Shown here: in pieces, positions 40,031-53,031 of the stretch | Layout of the letters: the number at the start of each line of letters is the position of its first letter | Numbering within the stretch: position 1 is the first letter of the stretch | NCBI GenBank assembly: GCA_951406725.2 | Contig: OX597827.1 | Span: forward strand, 26,288,001 to 26,352,000 | Source of the DNA: Octopus vulgaris | Lineage: Eukaryota | DNA: 64,000 nucleotides | Reading direction: 5' to 3' | Notes under the pieces: generated by a model | What the model saw: only the letters and a program-made list of their open reading frames with translations | Told to the model about the DNA's origin: nothing | Database searches by the model: none | Translations under genes and position numbers: made by a program

Positions 40031-40253
40031 AAATTGATCAAAATAAAATAAAAACATGATGCGAAGGATTCAGCGGTACATATGTTTCGGGCCTTTATTA
40101 GACAGATTTATAACAATGCATAATGTATGTCTGTGGCCTTCTTCAGCCGCGCGACATACATTATGCATTGTTATAAATATGTCTAATAAAAGCCCGAAAC
40201 ATATGTACCGCTGAATCCTTCGCATCATGTTTTTATTTTATTTTGATCAATTT
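40031..40253. repeat. Fold-back with ~100-bp arms and 21-nt loop, built from a pLTR segment
   Basis: 40031-40131 is the near-perfect reverse complement of 40153-40253. Confidence 0.9.
40073..40150 (-). ncRNA. Type I HHR with long loop II
   Basis: Minus strand: gcgg CTGAAGA a ggcc...ggcc c GAAA catatg TA ccgc. Confidence 0.75.
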
Positions 40254-40507
40254 ACTCCACCACCTACACCACCAAACGGTATACACAGGTGCTTATAATT
40301 ATCAAGTACTCACCCCGAATTTCTATACTCAACTATCTATCTATCAATACATATATGATGTATGCATATAAGTATGCATATATATGTATATTGTTATAAT
40401 TGTCCTTTTAGTAAATGAATAAATTGACAGAATATGTCTAAAAGTTGATTAATACCACCTATTCATCCCTCCATTTTCTTATTGCGCGCTCTCTCTCTCT
40501 CTCTCTC

Positions 40508-40560
<53 letters not shown>

Positions 40561-40798
40561 CGCACTGAGGTCGATATAATCGACTAGCCACTGTCCCCGA
40601 AATTTTATCTTGGTATTTGTGAGAGCAACTACATTCGAAGACTCAGAATTTCGTTCAATGCTCGAAATAAGGAGTAGACAGGCAGCTGAAAACTGATGAA
40701 GAGTCGTTCTTTATGATACTTTCCCTGTTTTCCATTTTTCCTCTCATCTGTTTGCGTATTTCATGTTTAATTTTTGTGACGTCTTGTATCCATATATG

Positions 40799-40839
<41 letters not shown>

Positions 40840-40849
40840 ATATGTTACA

Positions 40850-42460
40850 TTTATTCAATAGTCAAGATAAAACTTGTTTTAGATGCCGAAGTGGAAATCC
40901 ACAACACCATCTCTTCGGTTATCTGGCCATCTGAAAAACGCTATGAAAAAATACCGTTATATAAAGGGAAATTACTGTGTTATAATTCTGCTCGCGAACC
41001 CACGTGCGTACTTATACGTCACTATGAAAACGTACACATCTTCACTCGCATTTTTCGCCAAATATATACGCATATATATACAAACCCATACACACACACA
41101 TGCGTACCGTAAAAGTTCATACATACGTCTATATACGCACAAGCACAAGAAAAACCTCTGTAAGGCACACGTATTTCTTCTTCGTGTCTTTAGTGATTAT
41201 ATAGTCCACGGTAGCATCATAGATGATGGTCTCGGACATGCAAGCTCCATTTAGCGGGCACAATTTTTTTATTCCTGCATACAGAGGGTAATTTCAAGGC
41301 CAGGTTCAATAACCACACCTTGAGTTTTAGGCACTGGAATAAAAGAAAAGCGACAAAATTATCTAATCATTTTTGGTCGTTAACAGGTAAAGATGTCGAT
41401 TATAACATCCATTGGAAGATTTTGGCCAAATGTAAGCCCTACACCAACGGCAGCGGAAGGTGTGGTCTATGCGACATGGAGAGATGGCTTATCTGGAAAA
41501 GCAGCTTAGACTCAAGGACAGAACTTTTCGGATCATGCCCATACGTGACTAAATTTTTGTTAAGTTTTTGGTCCCCTAAAGAAAACAGATAGAACTTGCT
41601 TTCTATATTATGTCCCAAAAAGTTTTTTTATCTCATTATACCTTTTATTATTTCATATATATTTTTATATTTTCACACATATTAATTTCTGTACTTTTCT
41701 ATCCTGCATTTTTTCCTGTGCCTATATAGATGTGTATATAGATTCATTAGTACACGTGTGTGAATATGTATGAGTGGGCAGTTTTAGATGTGTGCGTGTG
41801 TGCGGGCATAAGAATGCACATATATATATAGACGTTTTTACTTAGTATTTTTCCATTTTTTTTTTGGGGGGGGGACATATGTATATTCATTTTTTGTATA
41901 TGCGTGTGTATGTATGCGTATATAGATATGTGCGGGTATGTACATATATGGGCGTGTGTGTGTATGAGGGCATAGGGGCATTTCCGTATATGAACGTGGT
42001 TTTTATGCTTTGTATACTTCCTTATGTTTTTTTCTGTTACCTTTAACCATGGTTCTTCTTGTGCTTGTGCGTATATAGAGGTATGTAAGAACTTTTACGG
42101 TACACATGTGTGTGTGTGTATGAGTTTGTATATATATGCGTATATATTTGGTGAAAAATGCGAGTGAAGATGTGTACGTTTTCATAGTGACGTATAAGTA
42201 CGCACGTGGGTTCGCGAGCAGAATTATAACACAGTAATTTCCCTTTATATAACGGTATTTTTTCATAGCGTTTTTCAGATGGCCAGATAACCGAAGAGAT
42301 GGTGTTGTGGATTTCCACTTCGGCATCTGAAACTCAGAGTTTTATCTTGACTATTGAGTAAATGTAAACATTATTTTATAGATAAATTTCCTCTATTTAC
42401 ATAATGAGGTCTCTTTCTTTCTTTTGTTATCTTACCGTTTTTACCAATATATGTATACAT

Positions 42461-42470
<10 letters not shown>
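40850..42470 (+). mobile_element. PLE remnant: inverted pLTR copy + GIY-YIG C-terminus + 3' pLTR
   Basis: 41230-41592 encodes FKARFNNHTLSF..TKLSNHFWSL..IHWKIL..Y..CGLCDMER..SRTELFGSCP. 40850-41157 is an inverted copy of 42050-42365. Confidence 0.85.
42285..42347 (+). ncRNA. Type I HHR, CCGAAGA (U4C) core variant; the inverted copy at 40865-40925 has GAAA mutated
   Basis: agataa CCGAAGA gatg..gtgga tt tccac..catc t GAAA ctcagag TT ttatct. Confidence 0.7.
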
Positions 42471-42518
<48 letters not shown>

Positions 42519-42531
42519 GTACGTATGTATG

Positions 42532-42568
<37 letters not shown>

Positions 42569-42595
42569 ATATGTAAGTATGTACATATATACGCA

Positions 42596-42634
<39 letters not shown>

Positions 42635-42958
42635 CATACATACGCACAGATGAACATCTCTCTCACATCACACCACCACGCACACACTACCACTGACCAC
42701 TTCCCAGCCCCACACCATCATCCACACACCTACACATACGCACAAGCACACGTATGTGTATATGTAGGCCCTCTCTCGCCCGCACATACATGCTCTCTTA
42801 TACACACGCACGCGCTACATCGTTTTGGGATCACCACTACTTTTTTATATTCACTTCTTCCTAGCTCTCATGTGTGAACCCTCTGTCCGACATGCGCCAT
42901 GATATATCGCTAGCCACTACACATTCTTTATTGTCTCTCCCTGTTTATTTCTGTGTTC

Positions 42959-42995
42959 CTTTCTGTGGAAGAGCGTAGGCTCGAAACGTTAAAGA
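42959..42995 (+). ncRNA. Minimal HHR-like motif, variant core CUGUGGA(A)
   Basis: cttt CTGTGGAA gagc gtag gctc GAAA cg TT aaag. Confidence 0.5.
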
Positions 42996-43252
42996 CGTTT
43001 TCAATTCCTGAGCATTAAACTAATACATTTGTTTGTTGTCTACACCACTTCTTTTTGTCTTTTGTTTTCTTGCGAATTCTCCCTAAATATATATATATAT
43101 ATACATGCATACATAAGCAAACACTCACACATGCATATATGCACACACAGTTAAAATGTTATACATACATCTTAAGACATCCACGTACATCATACATATC
43201 CCATAAAAGTAAAAATATATCGCCGAAACACTGGAATACATCTCTATACACT

Positions 43253-43490
43253 AACACGTACACTCACACACTCACAGATACTCATACACATACACACACA
43301 CTCACACACTCACAGATACTCATACACGTACACACACACTCACACACTCACAGATATTCATACACGTACACACACACTCACACACTCACAGATACGCATA
43401 CACGTACACACACACTCACACACTCACAGATATTCATACACGTACACACACAGTCACACACTTACAGATACTTATACAAGTTCACTCATA
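43253..43490 (+). repeat. ~38-bp minisatellite
   Basis: acacgtacacacacactcacacactcacagatactcat repeated about 6 times. Confidence 0.85.
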
Positions 43491-43586
43491 CCCGTATAAG
43501 AAGTATCGTGAAGAGTTTCAAAATGTTTACAAATTCCGTTACATTTACACTTTGACCATCCCTGTTACAATCGTAGTAGCTGTGGG

Positions 43587-43617
<31 letters not shown>

Positions 43618-44244
43618 CTTCTTCTCGTTGTTGCTGCTGCCGTTGTTGTTGTTCTTCCACTTCTTCATGTTGTCCGTGTTGTTGTTCTGTCTTTCATCTT
43701 CGTCACCACCATCATCATCACCATCATCAACGCCGCCATCGTCATCATCATCATTATCATTTTCATTATTTTCTTCCTGATTCTTCTTCTTCATCTTCAT
43801 CATCACCACCACTATCATCATCATCACAATCATCGACGCCGTCGTCATCATCATCATCATTTTCGTTATTTCCCTCCTGATTCCTATGCTACTTCTACTT
43901 CTTGCCCTCCTCATCTACCCCTCCTCTTCCCTCCCCTTCTTCTCTCCCCTCCCCCTCCCCCCTCCTCACTGTCGTACTATTGTTTTTCATCCAGAGCATC
44001 CTGGCTTCACTCTGTCTTAATTCTTCGCAGCAAAATTCTTCAATAGTTCCTGTTGCCTTATGATGACGATGTTGAAAGATGGGAAACCAAGATGGCCGCT
44101 TTTCTAGAAAAAGCCGGCGGCCTGTCAAATAAGAGCTGGATACAAAATAGATTAAGAAATTTTTGGACAGAGAAAATGAGGTGACATGGCAGAAGGTACC
44201 ATTTTTACCAATTACTGTCAGCATCAATTACTTTCTTTACGAAG

Positions 44245-44276
<32 letters not shown>

Positions 44277-44854
44277 CAAGCACATTCCTCTCACATACAC
44301 AATGACACTCACGTACACACACAGTAACAATCATGTACACACACACACACACACACATATATACACAAGCACACATGCACACACACACGCAAATAGTTAC
44401 GCGCTTTCTCAACGGTTTGGATAGGGTTATTATACACAGATGTGTATGTGTGTATATATGAGTGTATGCACGTAATGTTTGTATCCATGATAATTATGCT
44501 CGTGTATATTTGTTGCTTTTTAACGCTCTTGCGTGTATATACATCACACAAAATATAAGCAGACGAGATGAGAAGTTACACAGAAACTGAGAGAGAGAGT
44601 GGGGATAAAGAGAGAGAGAGAAAGATATGTAGTGAGAGAGAGAAATATAGAGCGTGGAGACAGAGGTATGCTGGTGGTGGGTCCAAGTTTAAAAGAAAAT
44701 GAATTTTCATAGTCACATTTATAAAACTTCAAGCTAAATCAAACGTTATATATATATATATTTATATATATATATAACTTACTTGGAAGAGGATGCGTGG
44801 CGTTCAATCATATATTAATATAAATAATATATATATGCATATATACATGCGTAT

Positions 44855-45290
44855 TTGTAAATACTGTCTTCCCAATAGCAACATATGGATGCGAGACTTG
44901 GACACTAAAGAAAGCTGACCAGAAGAGAATTAATGCATTCGAGCTTTGGTGTTGGAGAAGACTTTTGCGGATTCCATGGACAGCGAGGCTCACCAATGGA
45001 GAAATTCTTAAGCAGATAAGGCCGAAAATGTCGCTAGTAGCTGGGATCACCAAGCGTAGATTGGCATATTTCGGTCATATTATGCGGAGAGAATCCCTGG
45101 AGAAGGACATCATGCTCGGAATGGTCAGTGTCAAGAGAGGAAGAGGCCGACCAAGAACCTGCTGGCTTGACACCATCAGGAGTGATACCGGAATGGACAT
45201 GGCCAATCTGAAGGAAGCGGCCCAGGATAGAACTGACTGGAGGACACTGATCCAACGAGTGACCGAGAGTCGACTTGGACTGAGCGGATA
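44855..45290 (+). mobile_element. RTE/BovB-like LINE 3' end
   Basis: VFPIATYGCETWTL..INAFELWCWRRLLRIPWTAR..YFGHIMRR..LEKDIMLG..RGRGRPR..W.D..W. Ends in (TA)n. Confidence 0.9.
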
Positions 45291-45649
45291 TATATATATA
45301 TATATATATGCATATGTGGGCACAGGGCGTCATGAAAAGTGTACAACAAAAAAGTACGTAGCATGAGTACATGGAGCATGAACGATTCTTCGGATGACGA
45401 AAGACACAAATGGAAAACAAAAGAAACAACATAAAGAACGACCCTTCATCAGTTGTTGGCACATTTTCTAGTCCCGTATTTCGAGCATTTAACGCTGAGG
45501 CAAAGTAAAACCAAATAAGTAGTGCGTGTGTTTTTATTGGCTAAACTGGCAAAATGGCCGTTCCTAAATACAACAATATATATATATATATTTATATATA
45601 TGTGTGTGTGTGTGTGTATTGTACATATGTATAGTGCGGTCGAATGAAT

Positions 45650-45809
45650 TGATCCCAGTACGTATTTTTTTCAAGGTGGTACTTATTCTATCGTCTTTTT
45701 TCACAATCTGCTAAGTTACGGGGATGTAAATACACCAACACTGGTTGTGAAGAGGTTCTCGGGCCAAATAGAGACTCAAAGTCACACACACATATATATA
45801 TATATTGAC

Positions 45810-45884
<75 letters not shown>

Positions 45885-46080
45885 CAGATAGATAAATAGA
45901 TAGATAGATAGATAGATAGACGATGGGCTTCTTTCGTTTTCTCTCAACCAAATCCAATCACAAAGCTGTGATCTACCTGAGGTTAGAGCCGTAGACACCC
46001 AAGATCACGCGCAGTGGGACTGAATGGAGAATCATGTGGCTGGAAAGCAAGCTTCGTTAGACATAGCTACGCCAGCCCCT
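45650..46080 (-). mobile_element. SINE family B with internal (GATA)n
   Basis: Reverse complement of the family-B head and body. Confidence 0.7.
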
Positions 46081-47251
46081 GTACGTGTGCACCTATGTAT
46101 GTGTGTGTGTGTGTGTGCGTGTATCTTTCTATGTATACAATGAAATCGTGGAGATATCACTACGTGTTCAAGGAGTTGTGGAAATGAATTCCTTATTTTA
46201 ACTAGAGAGGATGAACTTTACGCATTCAACGAACACCCATGAATAATTTACACAATTCTGGTGACTACGTCAAACAACGCCCGATTGTCATGAATGATAT
46301 CTCAGCGCTCAAGTAAAGGTATGTGTAAATATGAGGACGTGTCAAGTGGTGAGTAAGTACAAAAAATATATTTGGGCGAGTGAATGGTGCAGAGTTATGT
46401 TAATAAGTGTATAAGGTGGAATATTAGCGTTCGTTTGCGTGTGTGTCTGTAAATTTATGAGTTTTTCAGAAAAAGAGTGTAAATGCGTTCCGAAACTCTT
46501 CCCCGCCACTGTGGCCGTTTTTATGGAACTTGAGAAAAGAAATGTTTATCACAATTGCAAATAATAAGTCTTCTAGAAATAATTCTGTCATCTTTTGCTC
46601 CGCCTTCACATCGAAAGAGACTGGAAGAAAAATGACAATTAGAAAATAGAATAATTATAACAAACTATTTTACGAAATTGTGATATATTGCTGTTAGGCT
46701 TTTCAAATTGGAAAGAAAAAAATGTCTGACAAAAACAGGCAACTAAGATAATTTGCTCAACTCCTCTTCAATTTCCGTCAAATAAAACGGTTTCAATTTC
46801 TGGCATACAAGGTGGACTTAGACCAAACAAGAAAAGAAAAATAAGAAACAAGGAACGACATAAATAAAATATGTAATTTTGTACTTCCTTCTTTCCCAAT
46901 TTGGATCAATGAAAGATAACAAATATTACAAGAAACTAAGTAATTTACATCGGTTTTTTTAAGACCAGACTTGCATTCATCTATTGCAGTTTCTCATAGA
47001 CTAGACGTATTGATACGTCGCTTGTAATGTCTACGATTAACCCAGACGTTGCTTATGAATTTTTCGTATAAGAAATTGCATGGAGGCTGGCCAAATATTT
47101 GCTAAACCACCAGAAACAGTAACCCCTAAGGGCTGCAAAATGTTTACAAAAAGAATAAATAGCGTACGAATATATAACACACACACATCATACCATATAA
47201 TATAATCGTATTCTTACATCTGAATCTATGTAAATAAGTGTGTATATAGTT

Positions 47252-47306
<55 letters not shown>

Positions 47307-47544
47307 GTATGTATGTATATATGTATATATATATATATGAATATACATATACACTTTTATATGAGTGTATATATATACACATATATATCTTATATACATA
47401 TGCATACGCACACAGACACATATATGTATATATATAAATTTATACATATATAATATAATATATAATATATATATATACATATAAATATATTTATATATGA
47501 ATATATATATATATATATATAAATTCATACACACACACACACAC

Positions 47545-47615
<71 letters not shown>

Positions 47616-47917
47616 GAGTTATATAGATATAGATAATTATCTTTTCATCAATACGAGACTTGGGCTCCTTTGTGCAAGCGAAGTTCAAACCAATATTTTT
47701 GGCATCTTATTACAGTGAATATTTAATATTTCTACTGTGGGAACTACATATATTAACAGTGTATTTTATAGAAATCTCCACAGACTTGGAGCAATATCTA
47801 ATATACACACGTACACTCAGACTCACGCACAGAAAGGCATACATATTGGTTGTATGTAAACATATACATACATGTATACATATATATATATATGTATGTA
47901 TATTTATATGTAAATGC

Positions 47918-47963
<46 letters not shown>

Positions 47964-48008
47964 ATATATATATATATATATATATCTGTATGGAGGTATG
48001 TATGTCTG

Positions 48009-48044
<36 letters not shown>

Positions 48045-48096
48045 TAAACCGTGTTTATATTTTATATGCAGGTGTGTGTGCGCATGTATATATATA

Positions 48097-48480
48097 GGAG
48101 TGGCTGTGTGGCAAGTAGCTTGCTCACCAAACACATGGTTCCGGGTTCAGTCCCACTGCGTGGCACCTTGCCTTGTGAGTGGATTTTGTAGACGGAAACT
48201 GAAAGAAGCCGGTCGTATATATGTATATATATATATATATATATGTATATACATATATGCATGTATGTGTGTGTGTGTATGTTTGTGTCTGTGTTTGTCC
48301 CCCATCATCGATTGACAACCGATGCTGGTGTGTTTAGGTCCCCGTAACTTAGCGGTTCGGCAAAACTGACCCATAGAATAAGTACTTGGCTTACAAAGAA
48401 TAAGTCCTGGGGTCGATTTGCTCGACTAAAGGCGGTGCTCCAGCATGGCTACAGTCAAATGATTGAAACAAATAAAATAG
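48097..48480 (+). mobile_element. SINE family B
   Basis: ggagtggctgtgtggcaagtagcttgc..ggttcagtcccactgcgtggcacc..ggcggtgctccagcatgg. Confidence 0.85.
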
Positions 48481-48566
48481 TATATATATATGTATATATA
48501 TATACATATAGTCAATAATACTCGGTAAAATTAATTAATATATATAATATAATTATATTAGTATAA

Positions 48567-48604
<38 letters not shown>

Positions 48605-48611
<7 letters not shown>

Positions 48612-49130
48612 AATAATACTTTGTAAAATTAATTAATAATTAAATAGTTTTACCCTTTTATTATTGACAATATAACTCTCTCTCCCTGAAATTTTAACTA
48701 CAGTTCTCTCTGTAGAAATGTATCACTCTGTAACCCACGTGGGAAGAAGAGGACGAATGCGAGGCCTCACTTGTATTTTTGAATTCGTTGGTACTGGGGG
48801 TCTAATATGGTTTCTCTGGGATTACTCGTACCAGACGGGTATGTTTGATTTTTAGTACTTTCAAATCCAAATCTGAGAAATCCTTGAGCTGACGAAGGAA
48901 ATGTTGATCTTTATAATCAACTAATCCAGAAACGGGCCTGTTCTCAGTTAATCTTATATAGGTTTTATCTTTCGTTATTTTTCCCTCTATACCTGTGTGG
49001 GTTATTTTTGAGCATGCATTGTCTGGGAGATTTTTCTTACAGTAGAAGAAATAGCTAAAATTTTTGGCTGCTATTTCTAAAAAGTTCGGTGTCTGGTAAA
49101 TAAATAATTTTACTGAACCCTATTTATAAT
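48605..49130 (+). mobile_element. Retrozyme-like unit R2 (diverged homolog of R1), about one monomer
   Basis: Colinear with R1: ttttaccct, cccacgtggg, ttttgaatt.gttgg.actg, gggtatg, HHR, tattttt.gag, ggctgctatttctaa, ttttact.aaccct. Confidence 0.8.
48885..48946 (+). ncRNA. Type I HHR, R2
   Basis: tgag CTGACGA a gga aat gttgat ctttata atcaac taa tcc a GAAA cgggcctg TT ctca. Confidence 0.8.
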
Positions 49131-49439
49131 ATATATATAATAAGAGTAAATAATTTTTTCGATGGTTTTTCAGACAACCAACAATTATTTACCGGTAGAT
49201 TTCGGTATGTAAATATGACCTTTAGCGGCGGGAACTTCTGTGGAGTTCAGTATATATAGTATATAAGTAAAAGGGCAGGCAACAGGTTGCTTTGCCGCAT
49301 ACCGAAAGAATTAGAAATAGCAGTCAGAGACTGTTTATTTCCGTTTTCTACAAGTGGGGGCTCCATATACGACATAACCCTGCAATTCACATATGCAAAA
49401 TAGGAGGAGTAAATAAACGAAAACAATGCCTTACCGTTA

Positions 49440-49500
49440 ATGGCGAACATGTTTCTAGATCGGAAGCGAGAAATTGCCTCATGTCTTTCTTCAGCACCAT
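49440..49500 (-). ncRNA. Type I HHR, R3 copy 1
   Basis: Minus strand: atggtg CTGAAGA a aga...tct a GAAA catg TT cgccat. Confidence 0.8.
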
Positions 49501-49812
49501 CTTCGTTAGATTTATCAAATGCCACCAGCCTCCACTTTTGACCAGGCGTCATCAAATAGTGGGGGAAAAGTGAGCATAGGCTAAAGCTATGTAGACGATT
49601 GAATCCGTAAATTTTCCCTCCAAAATTCTGCCACGCGCACTACCGGGATAGTCGTAAGGGAGTGAAAAATCCAATTAGTAATTAGTAATAAGGGTAAATA
49701 ATTTACGAATTCAATCGTCTACATAGCTTTAGCCTATGCTCATTTTCCCCCCACTATTTGATGACGCCTGGTCAAAAGTGGAGGCTGGTGGCATTTGATA
49801 AATCTAACGAAG

Positions 49813-49873
49813 ATGGTGCTGAAGAAAGACATGAGGCAATTTCTCGCTTCCGATCTAGAAACATGTTCGCCAT
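49813..49873 (+). ncRNA. Type I HHR, R3 copy 2
   Basis: atggtg CTGAAGA aagacatgaggcaatttctcgcttccgatcta GAAA catg TT cgccat. Confidence 0.8.
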
Positions 49874-50120
49874 TAACGGTAAGGCATTGTTTTCGTTTAT
49901 TTACTCCTCCTATTTTGCATATGTGAATTGCAGGGTTATGTCGTATATGGAGCCCCCACTTGTAGAAAACGGAAATAAACAGTCTCTGACTGCTATTTCT
50001 AATTCTTTCGGTATGCGGCAAAGCAACCTGTTGCCTGCCCTTTTACTTATATATATATATGCATATATAAGAAAATGGAGGAATAAATAGCTAGAAGTGG
50101 GTCTTTGGTGCTAAAAAGCC

Positions 50121-50707
50121 ATTATTTAATTAGTTATCGTCTCTATATACATCAAACTACGGTTTACCTTTAAATTACCTGCCCTCGTATACCTTATAAC
50201 CAGGACCACACTTACTGAGTTAATTACCAGGAGTGCCTCTGGATGCATTTATTCCTTAGATGGTTTAAACACCTCTAACTTATAGGTTATATGTCTGTAT
50301 ATATATGAATGTACAGGTATGTGTCTGGGTGTGATCTTGTGTGTGAATAATATCAGTAAATTACAGAAGTTTGATAGTGGAATTGAAAAGAGATGACCAC
50401 CACTTCATCACATTAGCCTTGCCGACAGAAATGCAGTGAAACAGGGAATAAAGTGCTGTAAATGGATTTGGGCTGACACCAATAATATTTCCACGTAATC
50501 AAGTTTTAAGTGTTAAAATAAATACATATGCTTATACTTATAGATGCAGGTGTGGCTGTGTGGTAAGAAGCTTGCTTCCCAACCACAACATGGTTCTCGG
50601 TTCAGTCTCACTGCGTGGTATCTTGCGATAGTGTCTGCTACTATATCCTCGGGGCGAACAAAGCCTTGTGAGTGATTATGGTAGACAGAAACTGAAAGAA
50701 ATCTGTC

Positions 50708-50763
<56 letters not shown>

Positions 50764-51655
50764 GTGTGTGTATGTGTGTGTTTGTGTGTATGTGTGTTTG
50801 TGCGTGTTTGTGTGTGTGTGTGTGTGTATACATATATCTATGTGTGTGAGTGTCGTTGTGTCTGTGTTTGTCTGCCCGTCACCGCTTGACAACCGGAGTT
50901 GGTGTGTTTACGTACCCGCAAATTAAAAACGTGACCGATAGAATAAGTACCAGGCTTTATAAAAAAGAATTTAGTGCCGGGGGTGAATTCATTCGACTAA
51001 AATCCCTGAAGTTGCTCCAGCATGGTCGCAGTCAAATGACTGCAACAAGCAAAAGAATAAAAGAATATATTATTTAATTAGTTATCGTCTCTATATACAT
51101 CAAACTACGGTTTACCTTTAAATTACCTGCCCTCGTATACCTTATAACCAGGACCACACTTACTGAGTTAATTACCAGGAGTGCCTCTGGATGCATTTAT
51201 CCCTTAGATGGTTTAAACACCTCTAACTTATAGGTTATATGTCTGTATATATATGATTGTACAGGTATGTGTCTGGGTGTGATCTTGTGTGTGAATAATA
51301 TCAGTAAATTACAGAAGTTTGATAGTGGAATTGAAAAGAGATGACCACCACTTCATCACATTAGCCTTGCCGACAGAAATGCAGTGAAACAGGGAATAAA
51401 GTGCTGTAAATGGATTTGGGCTGACACCAATAATATTTCCACGTAATCAAGTTTTAAGTGTTAAAATAAATACATATGCTTATACTTATAGATGCAGGTG
51501 TGGCTGTGTGGTAAGAAGCTTGCTTCCCAACCACAACATGGTTCTCGGTTCAGTCTCACTGCGTGGTACCTTGCGATAGTGTCTGCTACTATATCCTCGG
51601 GGCGAACAAAGCCTTGTGAGTGATTATGGTAGACAGAAACTGAAAGAAATCTGTC

Positions 51656-51702
<47 letters not shown>

Positions 51703-52016
51703 TGTGTATGTGTGTGTTTGTGTGTATGTGTGTTTGTGCGTGTTTGTGTGTGTGTGTGTGTGTATACATATATCTATGTGTGTGAGTGTCGTTGTGTCTG
51801 TGTTTGTCTGCCCGTCACCGCTTGACAACCGGAGTTGGTGTGTTTACGTACCCGCAAATTAGCGGTTCGGCAAAACGTGACCGATAGAATAAGTACCAGG
51901 CTTTATAAAAAAGAATTTAGTGCCGGGGGTGAATTCATTCGACTAAAATCCCTGAAGGTGTTGCTCCAGCATGGTCGCAGTCAAATGACTGCAACAAGCA
52001 AAAGAATAAAAGAATA
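50121..52016 (+). repeat. 948-bp tandem duplication, each copy ending in a family-B SINE
   Basis: attatttaattagttatcgtctctatatacatc at 50121 and 51069. Near-identical apart from microsatellite length and small indels. Confidence 0.92.
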
Positions 52017-52972
52017 TATGAGATATTCTACTCCGGACGAATCGGTGTTTCTTAGAAAACCACGTTTAAAACAAAATCTCCAAAGATGCAAGCCTAACAG
52101 CAGTGCCTAGAACTCATATGCGACTTCTCTCTTAAGTATTTCGTAAGTAAAACTGTTATATTTATTTGCGTATCTTGTTTTTTTAGAGGGTTCAAGAAAA
52201 ATAAACATATATTAGTGTTTAAAATATAAAAATTATCGGGGCGGAATAAAACCACTCGAAAATTACGATATATGTACTTAAATATGTATATACTCTCTTC
52301 CTGACACAAATTCCTGTTTCTAAAAAACCCAACATTGCAATAAGAGAGACTATGCAAGCCATGGCAAATTACAAGAAATCAGAATATTATTTGAACTGCA
52401 CTGTTTGACATACGAATGACAAAATGAATTTTAATTGCTTTAAAATTGGTAAAAAATATTCTGCGTCGTTCAAAATTACGTGATATCAGGTATATGATTG
52501 CTTCTAGCTACACCCTGTTCTCTTCTTTAAGTCAGGGAAGTAATCTATCATATAGGCAATAGTTTGTGTGCATTATTCATGGGTAAGGGATATTCTTCTT
52601 GGTCTAGAAGTTAGAATATAAGATCACTGATACATTTTTAATGTACTAGGAAACTAATCATATTGACTTTCATTTCCAGTTGTTGAAACTCCAAGTGCGT
52701 ATCCCAAAATTATGTTTCGACAGTGAGACTAAATACACGTTTTGAAGATTTTTTATTATACTGCATATAGTTTACTGGGACAGGTTCAAAGACAACTTTA
52801 AGATACTTCTTCCGATACTAGGAAGTAAAAAAAGATGTGCAGCAATATAAACGTCAGCGTTCACGCGTGTAAGGAATTTTCTAGAAGAGCTAAGAACCTA
52901 AATTCGAATTGTTACCATTGCACAACCATGGTTGTAATCCACTCTATCAAGTGATGAAGGGGGAAGTGCTAA

Positions 52973-53031
<59 letters not shown>

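Larger units (their letters stand above)
49141..50051. mobile_element. Retrozyme-like unit R3: one 548-bp monomer plus an inverted ~350-bp partial copy
   Basis: taag(a/g)gtaaataattt at 49141 and 49689. 49260-49612 is the reverse complement of 49700-50051. Confidence 0.85.

Noticed and set aside
40640-40710. gctcGAAA...CTGATGAagag as a permuted (type II) HHR, with a homolog at 45430-45495
   Set aside because: I could not form stem III with a UH site or stem I. Kept only as a probable PLE-related repeat.
40883-42326. Duplicated MPKWKSTT.../MEIHNT... ORFs
   Set aside because: Antisense readings of the inverted pLTR with no recognisable domain.
44083-44100. YY1-like caagatggccgc in a non-repetitive patch
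   Set aside because: A single short motif with no supporting context.
49247-50090. Paired 93-110-aa ORFs on both strands
   Set aside because: The duplication is explained by the inverted repeat. The ORFs are not evident in homologs R1 and R2, so the conserved feature is RNA structure.
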